Below are positions 35,089 to 44,189 of a stretch of 64,000 nt of DNA, piece after piece (position 1 is the first letter of the stretch; every line of letters begins with the position of its first letter). The stretch is from positions 89,719 to 153,718 of the forward strand of contig CABZYC010000001.1 of NCBI GenBank assembly GCA_902529885.1, written 5' to 3'. The DNA is from an uncultured Candidatus Woesearchaeota archaeon (GTDB lineage Archaea; Nanobdellota; Nanobdellia; Woesearchaeales; GW2011-AR9). The translations under genes were made by a program, and so were the position numbers. The notes beneath the pieces are model-generated. The model saw only the letters and a list, made by a program, of their open reading frames with translations. It had not been told where the DNA came from and did no database searches.

Positions 35089-36296
35089 GTTTGTTCAAAG
35101 TTGCCATTAATAATATGGTTCAACGACGGTTACGTAGTGTACTTACACTTGTTGGTATTATCATTGGCATAGCTGCAATAGTCTCAATAATAACTATCAG
35201 CCAAGGGTTAGAAAATAGTATTGAGTCACAACTTAACAGTATTGGTAGTGACATTCTTTTTATTCGAGCGAAAGGGGCAGCGTTAAGTGCTGGACTTTCA
35301 ACAGATTCAGTGCTTAATGAGAATGATCTTAAAGAAGTTGAACGAACAAACGGTGTTAAAGAAGTGTCTGCATATTCATATAATAGTGGACAAGTATCAT
35401 TTAATGGGATCACCAAATATTTTTACGCTGCAGGTATGCCCACTGAAAATGATCGTTTACCACTAGTAAAACGTGCAACAACATACACTTTACTTAAAGG
35501 AAGATGGTTTGAGCAAGGTGATACTAATAGGGTCATGCTCAATTATGATTATTCAACGACCAAACTTTTTGATAAAGCAGTAGAAATTGGCGATAAAATC
35601 ACGGTCGAAGGACAAAAGTTTACAGTGATAGGATTCTTTGACCAAATCGGTAATAGCGTAGACGATAGCCTAGTATGGTTACCATACGAAACTTACAGAG
35701 AACTTTATGGTCTTGGAGATAACCACGGGATTATACTTGCGTCTGTTACCCCTGGAGAGAATATTAATGTTGTAAGTGAACGGATAAGCAAAAACCTTTG
35801 TAAACATAGAGGGTTAGAAGAAGGAAAAGAAGATTTTGAAGTTGAAACGCCAAGCGAACTTGCAGCAGGTTTTGACACTATATTATCCATTGTCAACACA
35901 GTAGTAGTAGGCCTTGCATCAATTTCTTTGCTTGTAGGTAGCGTTGGAATTATGAATACAATGTTTACAACAGTATTACAACGGACAAGAGAAATAGGGA
36001 TTATGAAAGCGCTTGGTGCAAGACGAAAAAATATTTTGACCCTGTTCATGTTTGAGTCTGGCACTTACGGATTAGTCGGAGGAATCATAGGCGTTATAAC
36101 GGGTCTTGCATTCGCATTATTTGTTGAAGCATTCTTCGCACAATTTTTAGGTCCACGATGGTTGTTAATAGAAATAAACCCATGGTTTATATTAGGGGCA
36201 CTATTATTCTCATTTTTATTAGGGTGCATTAGTGGTTTAGTTCCAGCAATCCAAGCAGCAAAGATGGATCCAGTAGACAGTCTGAGGTACGAATGA
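35085..36296 (+). CDS. ABC transporter permease, FtsX/MacB-like (paralogue)
   Basis: A 403-aa protein with the same architecture; its conserved region is RTREIGIMKALGARRKNILTLFMFESGTYG. It overlaps both neighbours by 4 nt. Confidence 0.85.
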   Translation: MSLFKVAINNMVQRRLRSVLTLVGIIIGIAAIVSIITISQGLENSIESQLNSIGSDILFIRAKGAALSAGLSTDSVLNENDLKEVERTNGVKEVSAYSYNSGQVSFNGITKYFYAAGMPTENDRLPLVKRATTYTLLKGRWFEQGDTNRVMLNYDYSTTKLFDKAVEIGDKITVEGQKFTVIGFFDQIGNSVDDSLVWLPYETYRELYGLGDNHGIILASVTPGENINVVSERISKNLCKHRGLEEGKEDFEVETPSELAAGFDTILSIVNTVVVGLASISLLVGSVGIMNTMFTTVLQRTREIGIMKALGARRKNILTLFMFESGTYGLVGGIIGVITGLAFALFVEAFFAQFLGPRWLLIEINPWFILGALLFSFLLGCISGLVPAIQAAKMDPVDSLRYE

Positions 36297-36961
36297 AACA
36301 TATAATTGAACTTAAAAATATTAAAAAGAACTATCTGATGGGTGAAGTTAACGTTAAAGTGTTAAGAGGCATTACCCTTAACATAAACAAGGGAGAGTTT
36401 GTGGTTATCATTGGACCGAGTGGTAGCGGAAAATCAACTTTGATGAACATGATTGGAATATTAGATAAACCAAGCCAAGGAAGTGTTCTTTTAAACGGAA
36501 AAAATATTGCGCATTTAGATGAAGACAAACTTGCAATACTTCGAGGTAAAACAATTGGTTTTATATTTCAACAATTTAACCTTATTAAATCTATGACTGC
36601 GCTCGAAAATGTTTTATTACCCACCCTTTTTTTAGAAGGACCAGATCGTAAAGAAAGAGCAATTAAACTTCTAACAAAAGTGGGCTTGGGCGATCGGATA
36701 CACCATAGGCCAACAGAACTTTCAGGAGGACAACAACAAAGAGTTGCTATTGCAAGATCGTTAATTAACGACCCAGAGATCATTCTTGCAGATGAGCCGA
36801 CAGGTAACCTTGACAGTGCAAGTGGGAAAGCCATAATGCAATTGTTGCACGAGCTTAACCAAAAAGAAGACAAAACTATTGTTTTGATTACACATGATGT
36901 AGACTTAATCACAAAGAATACAAAAATTGTCAAAATTAAAGATGGTAAGCTAGCCAAGTAA
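36293..36961 (+). CDS. ABC transporter ATP-binding protein (MacB/LolD-like)
   Basis: Walker [10 protein letters not shown], signature [15 protein letters not shown] and Walker [12 protein letters not shown] are all present. Confidence 0.95.
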   Translation: MKHIIELKNIKKNYLMGEVNVKVLRGITLNINKGEFVVIIGPSGSGKSTLMNMIGILDKPSQGSVLLNGKNIAHLDEDKLAILRGKTIGFIFQQFNLIKSMTALENVLLPTLFLEGPDRKERAIKLLTKVGLGDRIHHRPTELSGGQQQRVAIARSLINDPEIILADEPTGNLDSASGKAIMQLLHELNQKEDKTIVLITHDVDLITKNTKIVKIKDGKLAK

Positions 36962-37012
36962 ACAAATCTTTATATACATTGTTCCTCGACAACAGTTCAT
37001 TGGTGACTAGTT

Positions 37013-38455
37013 ATGGAACAGAAACCGCAAGAAAAAATTACTGAATCTTTTAAAGGCGAAGAACTTATTGAGGAATCGTCTAAAGCCACTCCTAAAGTGG
37101 AGGCAGCTTCTAAAAAAGCTGAAAGTACCGAAAAAAAAGCTCCGAAAAAAGCCGAAAGTACCGAAAAAAAAGCTCCGAAAAAAGCTGAAAGTACAGAGAA
37201 AAAGAGCGAACCAGTTCATGTTAAAAAAGAAATTAAATCAGAACAAAAACCTAAAGTTAGTGCAGTTAAACAAAATCAAGAAAGTTTGTTTGATAAAATG
37301 TCTACATGGCAAGCAGTTGCAGGTATCCTTGCAGCCTTACTATTACTAAGCGTTTTTACGTCAGGCTTTAGTGTTGCATCGTCTAGTACTGAAAGTATTA
37401 GTATGAATGAAGCAGAGTCATTAGCAATAAACTATGTTAACTCAAACTTATTACAAGCACCGTTCACTGCAGAATTAGAGTCTAGTAGTGATGAAGGTGA
37501 CTTATACAGGTTAACAATTACTGTTGCAGGACAATCAGTTGATAGTTATATAACTAAAGACGGACGAATCTTTTTCCCGCAAGGTTTTGACACAAGCGAA
37601 CTGATCGAAACTGTAGAAGCAGAACCGATCATGTTAAACATTGAAGGGCAACCAATGCTCGGCGATGAAAATGCGCCGGTGACAATCATTGAATTTTCTG
37701 ATTTTGAATGCCCGTTCTGTAAACGAGGTTATGATACAATGAAAGAGATCATTGCAGAATATGTTGACACAGGTAAAGCAAAATTAGTATTCATGGATTT
37801 CCCTTTAAGTTTCCATGAAAATGCTAAACCTGCCGCAATCGCAGCAGCATGTGCAGAAGAACAAGGAATGTTCTGGGAATTTCACGACCTACTTTTTGAA
37901 AATCAAGAAAGTTTAAACCGTGATACCTATCTTGCACACGCAGAAACGTTAAACTTAGACGTCGAATCATTCACAACATGTATTGATGAAGAACGTTACA
38001 GTGAAGATGTTGATGCAGACATGGCCATGGGTCAAAGTGCAGGAGTTACAGGAACACCCGCATTCATTATTAATGGCGAACTTTTCAGTGGAGCTTTACC
38101 TTACGACACTTTAGCTGGAGCTATTGAATCATACCTTGATAGTGGCGATAGTGAAATGAGTGAGAGTGAACCTGAATTTGCTGCTACTGGCGAAGAAGTC
38201 AGCATTGAAGTTTCTGCAAAGAAATGGTTGTTCACACCTAAAGAGCTTAGTGTTAACGAAGGAGACATTGTATCTTTAACAATTCAGCCCGACGGTTTAG
38301 AATTTGAATTTGCGATTCCCGAACTTGATGTAAGCGAACAAGTTTCAGGTGAAACAACAGTTACATTCACAGCAGACACTGCTGGAGAATACACGTTTGA
38401 ATGTGCAAGTTGTGAAGAGTGGCGTGGTATGACCGGTACTCTAACAGTCGAATGA
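37013..38455 (+). CDS. Membrane-anchored thiol:disulfide oxidoreductase, DsbA-like thioredoxin domain fused to a C-terminal cupredoxin-like domain, with a K/E-rich N-terminal repeat tail
   Basis: A cytoplasmic K/E-rich N-terminus has 3x (KKAESTEKKAP). A TM helix (WQAVAGILAALLLLSVF) follows. The DsbA-like domain has catalytic CPFC in EFSDFECPFCKRG and the …GTPAFIINGE… region. The C-terminal ~100 aa (WLFTPKELSVNEGDIVSLTIQPDG…EFAIPELDV…TFTADTAGEYTFECASCEEWRGMTGTLTV) resembles a cupredoxin fold with a C…C…M pattern. Confidence 0.75.
   Translation: MEQKPQEKITESFKGEELIEESSKATPKVEAASKKAESTEKKAPKKAESTEKKAPKKAESTEKKSEPVHVKKEIKSEQKPKVSAVKQNQESLFDKMSTWQAVAGILAALLLLSVFTSGFSVASSSTESISMNEAESLAINYVNSNLLQAPFTAELESSSDEGDLYRLTITVAGQSVDSYITKDGRIFFPQGFDTSELIETVEAEPIMLNIEGQPMLGDENAPVTIIEFSDFECPFCKRGYDTMKEIIAEYVDTGKAKLVFMDFPLSFHENAKPAAIAAACAEEQGMFWEFHDLLFENQESLNRDTYLAHAETLNLDVESFTTCIDEERYSEDVDADMAMGQSAGVTGTPAFIINGELFSGALPYDTLAGAIESYLDSGDSEMSESEPEFAATGEEVSIEVSAKKWLFTPKELSVNEGDIVSLTIQPDGLEFEFAIPELDVSEQVSGETTVTFTADTAGEYTFECASCEEWRGMTGTLTVE
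37112..37210. repeat. 3 x 33-nt in-frame tandem repeat (aaaaaagcYgaaagtaccgaaaaaaaagctccg) encoding KKAESTEKKAP
   Basis: Three near-identical copies are visible directly in the sequence at 37112-37210, inside the 5' part of the DsbA-fusion gene. Confidence 0.85.
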
Positions 38456-38994
38456 AACATTTAACCTGGCGGCAAACCGCCGTATTTTCTTTTCTTTTTA
38501 TAGTAAGCCTTGGATTTTTAGTGCCGTACAATATCCAGTTTGAAAGTGCTGAAGAACAAATTATTTGTCGGGCAGACACAGAATGTCTTCTTAACTGTGG
38601 AAACAGTCAACTTGCAGGGTATTGTACCAAAAATCTTTGTTCAATTACTTCTTGTAAAAGTGAAGGCACAGATATTTTACCTGCACAGAAAGTGAGCATA
38701 ATAGTGTCACAAGGTGACAATGAGTATAACCTTGCAGACTATATACCTAATGACATCTTTGTTGGGACTGAAGGTTCTTCAGTATTAATTGCAGGAGATG
38801 TACCTTTAACACACGTTCTTGAACGTGCAGGAATACAAGTGTACAATGGTTGTTTATCATCATTTTATGTTAACGGGTGTAACCTTAAAATTAGCATGGA
38901 TAATGAAGATACAAACATTAATAATCATCCTAATATCTATCTGAGCAAAAATATTAAAATTGAGGTAGACGATGGATATCCAACAAACAATTAA
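38452..38994 (+). CDS. Secreted/membrane-anchored Cys-rich protein (hypothetical)
   Basis: Start at ATG MKHLTWRQTAVFSFLFIVSLGFLV, a signal-anchor. It overlaps the DsbA gene stop as ATGA; the track's GTG is 11 codons upstream. The mature part has 8 Cys (CRADTECLLNCGNSQLAGYCTKNLCSITSC…). Confidence 0.5.
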   Translation: MKHLTWRQTAVFSFLFIVSLGFLVPYNIQFESAEEQIICRADTECLLNCGNSQLAGYCTKNLCSITSCKSEGTDILPAQKVSIIVSQGDNEYNLADYIPNDIFVGTEGSSVLIAGDVPLTHVLERAGIQVYNGCLSSFYVNGCNLKISMDNEDTNINNHPNIYLSKNIKIEVDDGYPTNN

Positions 38995-40153
38995 ACGGCT
39001 TGAACAAGTTACAGGTATTAGTAACTTGAATTTTTTATCAAAACCTAACCATGTACATACAGCAACATTAGTAGTTAATGGAAACGAGTATGTTGCATAC
39101 CGTATACAATATAATAATGACCGTGGGCCCTATAAAGGTGGCATCAGGTTCCACCCAATGGTTAACAGAACAGAAGTTGAACTGTTAGCATTTTGGATGA
39201 CTATTAAAACTGCATTGGTAGATATTCCAATGGGCGGAGGTAAAGGTGGAGTCACTATAGACCCCAAACTGCTTAGTGAAGAAAGTATACAAAAGGTTGC
39301 AAGAGAATATGTTCGATCGTTCAATAACATTCTTGGAGTAAACATAGACATACCTGCACCTGACGTTTATACTAACCCTCAAATAATGAGTTTTATGCTT
39401 GATGAATATGAACTAATTAATAATTGTAGTGAACCTGGAATGATTACAGGAAAACCACTTGAAATTGGTGGTAGCCTTGGCCGGGACACAGCCACAGCTA
39501 TGGGTGGACTTTTTTGTATCGACGAAGCTTGTGATAGATTAGGACTTAAGGATGCACGGGTAATCGTGCAAGGTTTTGGTAATGCTGGATCCAATATTGC
39601 AAAACTCTTGTATGATAAAGGGTATACCATTATTGCAGTGAGTGATAGTAAAGGATGCACTTTTAGTGATTCAGGATTAAATATAGACCTACTTATTTCT
39701 CATAAACAAATCAATGGTACGGTTAAAGGTTATGCAGAAGATTTAGACAACATTTTTTCTCTACCTTGCGACATTCTTATCCCGGCAGCATTAGAAAATA
39801 GTATTAATCTTGACATTGCTAAAAAAGTTCAAACAAAATTAATTGTTGAACTTGCTAACGGTCCAGTTACAACAGAAGCAGACGATATGTTGCATGAACG
39901 AAACATCTTGGTCATCCCCGACATTCTTGCTAATGCAGGAGGAGTGACAGTAAGTTATTATGAGTGGGTACAAAATAAAACTGGATTATATTGGGACGCA
40001 ACACAAGTTAATAACAAACTAAAACTTTGCATGTTAAAAGCGCTTAATACAGTATGGGATTTATACGAAGTTCAAGGACGAAACTTTCGTGACGCTGCAT
40101 ACACTATTGCGATTAAAAGGTTGTATTCCGCACATAAACTCCGTAAAGGTTAA
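38972..40153 (+). CDS. gdhA: Glutamate dehydrogenase (Glu/Leu/Phe/Val dehydrogenase family)
   Basis: GPYKGGIRFHP, the catalytic Lys region PMGGGKGG and the NAD(P) Rossmann motif VQGFGNAGS are present. The protein is 393 aa. Confidence 0.9.
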   Translation: MDIQQTIKRLEQVTGISNLNFLSKPNHVHTATLVVNGNEYVAYRIQYNNDRGPYKGGIRFHPMVNRTEVELLAFWMTIKTALVDIPMGGGKGGVTIDPKLLSEESIQKVAREYVRSFNNILGVNIDIPAPDVYTNPQIMSFMLDEYELINNCSEPGMITGKPLEIGGSLGRDTATAMGGLFCIDEACDRLGLKDARVIVQGFGNAGSNIAKLLYDKGYTIIAVSDSKGCTFSDSGLNIDLLISHKQINGTVKGYAEDLDNIFSLPCDILIPAALENSINLDIAKKVQTKLIVELANGPVTTEADDMLHERNILVIPDILANAGGVTVSYYEWVQNKTGLYWDATQVNNKLKLCMLKALNTVWDLYEVQGRNFRDAAYTIAIKRLYSAHKLRKG

Positions 40154-40166
40154 ATAACGTTCCTTT

Positions 40167-41534
40167 ATGGCAAACAGTATGATGCGAACGCACACATGTG
40201 GGGAACTAAGACTTGAGCATGATACTGAATCAGTAACATTGGCTGGATGGATAAAAAGTGTAAGGCTTACTGGAAAATTTGCTTTTGTGGACATTTATGA
40301 TAAATATGGTACAACACAAGTTTTTGTTCGATCTAACCTTGTTGATAGTGTTAAAAACCTTAACCAAGAAGACATTATAGCAATAAAAGGGCTTGTTAAA
40401 GCTCGTCCTGAAAACCAACGTAAAGGCGGGGTTGCAGACATTGAATTATCGGCAGAAGAGATTACGCTTATTAAAAAGATTCCATCTTTACCAATAGCAT
40501 TAGATGAAAGTGTTGAAAGTAAAGAAGAAACTCGTTTAACCTATAGGTATATTGACCTTAAAAAGGAACGAATGCGAAACAACATTATTCTTCGACACAA
40601 GGTTTTGCATGCAATAAGAACTTTTATGGATGCAAACAATTTTGTAGATGTAGAAACACCTTGTCTTACCAAAAGTACGCCTGAAGGTTCAAGAGATTAC
40701 ATTGTTCCATCACGAAAGCATAAGGGTGAATTTTACGCGTTACCACAATCACCACAAATTTATAAACAATTATTAATGGTTAGCAATTTTGATCGGTATT
40801 ACCAAATTGCACGATGTTTCCGTGATGAAGATCTTCGTGCAGATCGACAACCTGAATTCACTCAGTTAGATCTTGAAATGAGTTTTATCAATGAAGAAGA
40901 CATATATTCGCTTGTTGAAAAATTAATAGTGCATATATGGAAAGAAGTGCTCAACATTGATTTAGCTATTCCTTTCAAAAGGATGAGTTATCAAGAAGCA
41001 ATGGCAAAATATGATTGTGATAAACCAGATCTTCGTCCTGAAACTAAAGAACGTTTCGCTTTCACATGGGTCACAGAATTTCCTATGTTTGAGTTTAGTG
41101 AAGAAGAAAACCGTTATGTCGCCATGCACCATCCTTTCACTTCACCTAATGTTGAAGACATTGAAAAGTTGCATTCTGACAAAGGTGCAATTAGAAGCCG
41201 GGCATACGATTTAGTTTTAAACGGTTACGAGATTGGAGGCGGAAGTATTAGAATACACGATTCACAACTTCAATCAGAAGTGTTCAAAGCGTTAGGGATT
41301 GATGATGAACATGCACAACGAAAGTTTGGATTTTTACTTGACGCACTAAAATTTGCACCGCCACACGGAGGTTGTGCCTTTGGTATTGACCGGTTAGTCA
41401 TGCTCATTGCTGAAGAAGATAGTATTAGAGAAGTTATCGCGTTCCCTAAAAATAAAGAAGCAAAATGTAACATGATGAACACACCAAGCCCCATCAGTAA
41501 AGAACAGCTTGATGAAGTGCATCTTAAACAATGA
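40167..41534 (+). CDS. aspS: Aspartyl-tRNA synthetase (archaeal type, class IIb)
   Basis: N-terminal OB-fold (MRTHTCGELR), motif 2 FRDEDLRADRQPEFTQLDLEMSF and motif 3 GGGSIRIHD…GLDRLVMLI are present. The protein is 455 aa. Confidence 0.95.
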   Translation: MANSMMRTHTCGELRLEHDTESVTLAGWIKSVRLTGKFAFVDIYDKYGTTQVFVRSNLVDSVKNLNQEDIIAIKGLVKARPENQRKGGVADIELSAEEITLIKKIPSLPIALDESVESKEETRLTYRYIDLKKERMRNNIILRHKVLHAIRTFMDANNFVDVETPCLTKSTPEGSRDYIVPSRKHKGEFYALPQSPQIYKQLLMVSNFDRYYQIARCFRDEDLRADRQPEFTQLDLEMSFINEEDIYSLVEKLIVHIWKEVLNIDLAIPFKRMSYQEAMAKYDCDKPDLRPETKERFAFTWVTEFPMFEFSEEENRYVAMHHPFTSPNVEDIEKLHSDKGAIRSRAYDLVLNGYEIGGGSIRIHDSQLQSEVFKALGIDDEHAQRKFGFLLDALKFAPPHGGCAFGIDRLVMLIAEEDSIREVIAFPKNKEAKCNMMNTPSPISKEQLDEVHLKQ

Positions 41535-42034
41535 GAATAGCTATTGTTATCGTTGACCAGTTCCAAGATCATGAGTTTGAAGTCCCCTATACCACCTTAA
41601 TTGAAAAGGGCTTCAAGATTGATATTGTTTCTGATACCACAGGAATTAAAACTGGCAAATTAGGTTCAACAATAAAGGCAACGCAGACTTTTGAACAAAC
41701 ACACCTTAAGGACTATAAAGGAATCATTTTTGTGGGGGGACCAGGTGCAAAAGTGTTGATTGAAAATATCCAAGCACACATCTTATGTATTGAAGCTGTG
41801 GAACAAAATAAGCTGTTAGCAGCAATATGTATTGCGCCATGCATATTAGCACGTTCAGGAGTTCTTAAAGGTAAAAAAGCAACAGTATGGCCTTCTGAAA
41901 AAACCATATCCTTACTAGAAAGTTCAGGGGCAGTATATTGTCAAAAAGAAGTAGTACGTGACAATAACATTATTACTGCTAACGGACCAGAATCCACTGA
42001 ATCTTTTACTGATGAGATTCTTGCAATTCTTTAA
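41531..42034 (+). CDS. DJ-1/PfpI family protein
   Basis: A 167-aa protein with a class I glutamine amidotransferase-like fold and nucleophile-elbow region AAICIAPCILA. Confidence 0.75.
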   Translation: MRIAIVIVDQFQDHEFEVPYTTLIEKGFKIDIVSDTTGIKTGKLGSTIKATQTFEQTHLKDYKGIIFVGGPGAKVLIENIQAHILCIEAVEQNKLLAAICIAPCILARSGVLKGKKATVWPSEKTISLLESSGAVYCQKEVVRDNNIITANGPESTESFTDEILAIL

Positions 42035-42059
42035 ATATTAGTTTTCCTTACAAACTAGC

Positions 42060-42269
42060 ATGGTGAAAAAAAAACATTTACGAGAAAAACTTGAAATGCT
42101 ACGCTTCTTAACCCTTGGATTTTTAGTGTTAGCAACAATTGCTATTATACTCAGTGTTACAACAACACCGCTTAACGGGATGATACTCCTATTATTCGGA
42201 ATTCTATGCTTTGTAATATGGTTCATTGGCTTTTTTGATGTTACTGAAGAGTTGGAGAAATTAAAATGA
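42060..42269 (+). CDS. Small two-TM membrane protein, possible NfeD-like partner of the downstream SPFH protein
   Basis: A 69-aa protein with two hydrophobic helices. It is translationally coupled to the stomatin gene by an ATGA overlap. Confidence 0.45.
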   Translation: MVKKKHLREKLEMLRFLTLGFLVLATIAIILSVTTTPLNGMILLLFGILCFVIWFIGFFDVTEELEKLK

Positions 42270-42991
42270 TCTTCCCGGTGATTATAGGTGGGGCCATCCT
42301 TGCATCCTCACTCCGAGTTGTTAATGAGTATGAACGTGGAATTAAATTTACACTAGGTAAATATGCTGGAATTATGAAACCAGGATTAAGAATAGTCATT
42401 CCTTTAGTACAAAGTTGGCAACGAGTAGACATGCGTATTATTGCAGCAGATGTCCCTGACCAAGATTGTATCACAAAAGATAATGTTTCAGTAAGAGTGA
42501 ACGCAGTATTATATTATAAAGTGCAAGATTCAAGTAAATGCATACTACAAGTACAAGATTATGGTTACGCAGTACGCCAACTTAGTCAAACAACTATGCG
42601 AGACGTGGTTGGAGAAGTAACACTCGATGAACTCTTACAAAAACGTGAAGAGTTAAGCCAACGAATACAACGTATTGTTGACGCTGCATCAGACCCATGG
42701 GGCATAAAAGTTGAAAGTGTAGATTTGAAACATATTGAACTTCCAGACAACATGAAACGGACTATGGCAAAAGAAGCAGAAAGTGAACGTGAAAAACGCG
42801 CAGTTATCATTAAAGCGGAAGGAGAAGTTATAGCTTCAGAAAACCTTTCTAAAGCTGCAGACATATTATCTTCTTCCCAAGGTGCTTTACATCTTCGAAC
42901 CTTACAAAGTTTGAACGATATTAGTAGTGATCAAAGTAACACTATCGTCTTTACTTTGCCACTCGAAATTATGAAAGGTTTCCAAAAATGA
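42266..42991 (+). CDS. SPFH/band-7 (stomatin/prohibitin-like) protein
   Basis: An N-terminal TM is followed by the SPFH core (VNEYERGIKFTLGKY…) and a coiled-coil E/K-rich C-terminus. Confidence 0.85.
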   Translation: MIFPVIIGGAILASSLRVVNEYERGIKFTLGKYAGIMKPGLRIVIPLVQSWQRVDMRIIAADVPDQDCITKDNVSVRVNAVLYYKVQDSSKCILQVQDYGYAVRQLSQTTMRDVVGEVTLDELLQKREELSQRIQRIVDAASDPWGIKVESVDLKHIELPDNMKRTMAKEAESEREKRAVIIKAEGEVIASENLSKAADILSSSQGALHLRTLQSLNDISSDQSNTIVFTLPLEIMKGFQK

Positions 42992-43389
42992 AGATTGCTT
43001 GTGACCACGGTGGGTACGAGTTGGCACAAAGGTTAACTCAGTATTTTAATCTTGATTACCTTGGTCCAAACACACTTGATTATGATGACGATTATCCACT
43101 CTATGCACAAAAATTGTGTGAATCATTAGAGAAAGATGAACTTGGTATCTTGATATGTCGTAGTGGACAAGGCATGGTAATTGCAGCTAATAGATATAAA
43201 CATGTTCGCGCAGTATTAGTACGAACAAAAAGTGATGCAATCACAACACGTAAACATAATCATGCAAACATAATTTGTCTTGCTGCCGATTCAATAAGCT
43301 TTGAAAATGTTGTCGAGCTTATTGAAACGTTTAAAAAAACTAGGCCTGACAATTCAGAAAGGCATTGTAGAAGAGTGAACCAATTATGA
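42988..43389 (+). CDS. rpiB: Ribose-5-phosphate isomerase B (RpiB/LacAB family)
   Basis: MKIACDHGGYEL…GILICRSGQGMVIAANRY…RKHNHANIICLAADSI matches RpiB motifs. Confidence 0.85.
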   Translation: MKIACDHGGYELAQRLTQYFNLDYLGPNTLDYDDDYPLYAQKLCESLEKDELGILICRSGQGMVIAANRYKHVRAVLVRTKSDAITTRKHNHANIICLAADSISFENVVELIETFKKTRPDNSERHCRRVNQL

Positions 43390-43991
43390 TAATACCTGCC
43401 ATCATAGCAAAAAATCAAGATGAATTTAATCAACGTTACAAAAAAGTAGCGTTCGCTAAAGTAATACATTTAGATTTAATGGACGGCGAATTTGTTAATA
43501 ATGAAAGCTTATTATTCCCAATAAAGTTACCACAAAATGAATTTCATTGGCATTTAATGACTACTAACCCTTACAAATATATTGAACTTAGTAACAGTAA
43601 AATATTTTATGTTCATGCAGAAACAGTGAATCTTAAAAAACATGTATTATATTGCCAAGAAAAAAGTTTGCCGGTCTGTTTTGCTATTAGCCCACAAACA
43701 CCTATTAGCTATCTAAATGAAGTTATAGAAAATATTGATCGATTATTAATCATGACTGTCGAACCAGGACAATACGGAGCACAACTTGTTACAAAAGCAA
43801 TCCGAAAAATTAAAGGTGTGCCCCCCCACATTAAAGTTTGTGTTGATGGTGCAATGAACGATGATACAATCAAACTTGCAAAATATGCAGAACATGTAGT
43901 GAGCGGATCTTATTTACAAAAAACAGGAGAAATTGGTTACAAGTTATTAACTAGTTTGCATGCTGCTTCACAAACTCTTCGTAAAGCTTAG
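43386..43991 (+). CDS. rpe: Ribulose-phosphate 3-epimerase
   Basis: IHLDLMDGEFVNN…HWHLM…FYVHAET…MTVEPGQYGAQ…VCVDGAM is the RPE motif set. Confidence 0.85.
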   Translation: MIIPAIIAKNQDEFNQRYKKVAFAKVIHLDLMDGEFVNNESLLFPIKLPQNEFHWHLMTTNPYKYIELSNSKIFYVHAETVNLKKHVLYCQEKSLPVCFAISPQTPISYLNEVIENIDRLLIMTVEPGQYGAQLVTKAIRKIKGVPPHIKVCVDGAMNDDTIKLAKYAEHVVSGSYLQKTGEIGYKLLTSLHAASQTLRKA

Positions 43992-44187
43992 CATCAAACC
44001 CTTGCAGAAAATCATCCCCGCTACGTAATGTTGGAACTTCTAGGCTACCAGTTAATTGTAGCATCTCAAGTCGAAGAGGATGCTCCTCAAAAATATTTAC
44101 TCGAACAAAATCTACGCCTAACTTTTGTAGTAAGGCAATAGCATTACGCGAATGTTTACATTGTTCAAGAACATATAAGGTTATCAT
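43951..44187 (-). CDS. Glutaredoxin/NrdH-like small redoxin (active-site Cys partly replaced)
   Basis: A 78-aa protein with a thioredoxin-fold pattern (ITLYVLEQCKHSRNA…LEVPTL). It has only one Cys in the CxxC position. It convergently overlaps the rpe 3' end by 41 nt. Confidence 0.6.
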   Translation of the reverse strand: MITLYVLEQCKHSRNAIALLQKLGVDFVRVNIFEEHPLRLEMLQLTGSLEVPTLRSGDDFLQGFDAKLYEEFVKQHAN

Positions 44188-44189
44188 GA

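Noticed and set aside
37007-37349. Reverse-strand 70-aa ORF and + strand 93-aa ORF over the KKAESTEKKAP repeat region
   Set aside because: These are alternative-frame artefacts of the tandem repeat inside the DsbA-fusion gene; the F/R/K-rich translations are periodic nonsense.
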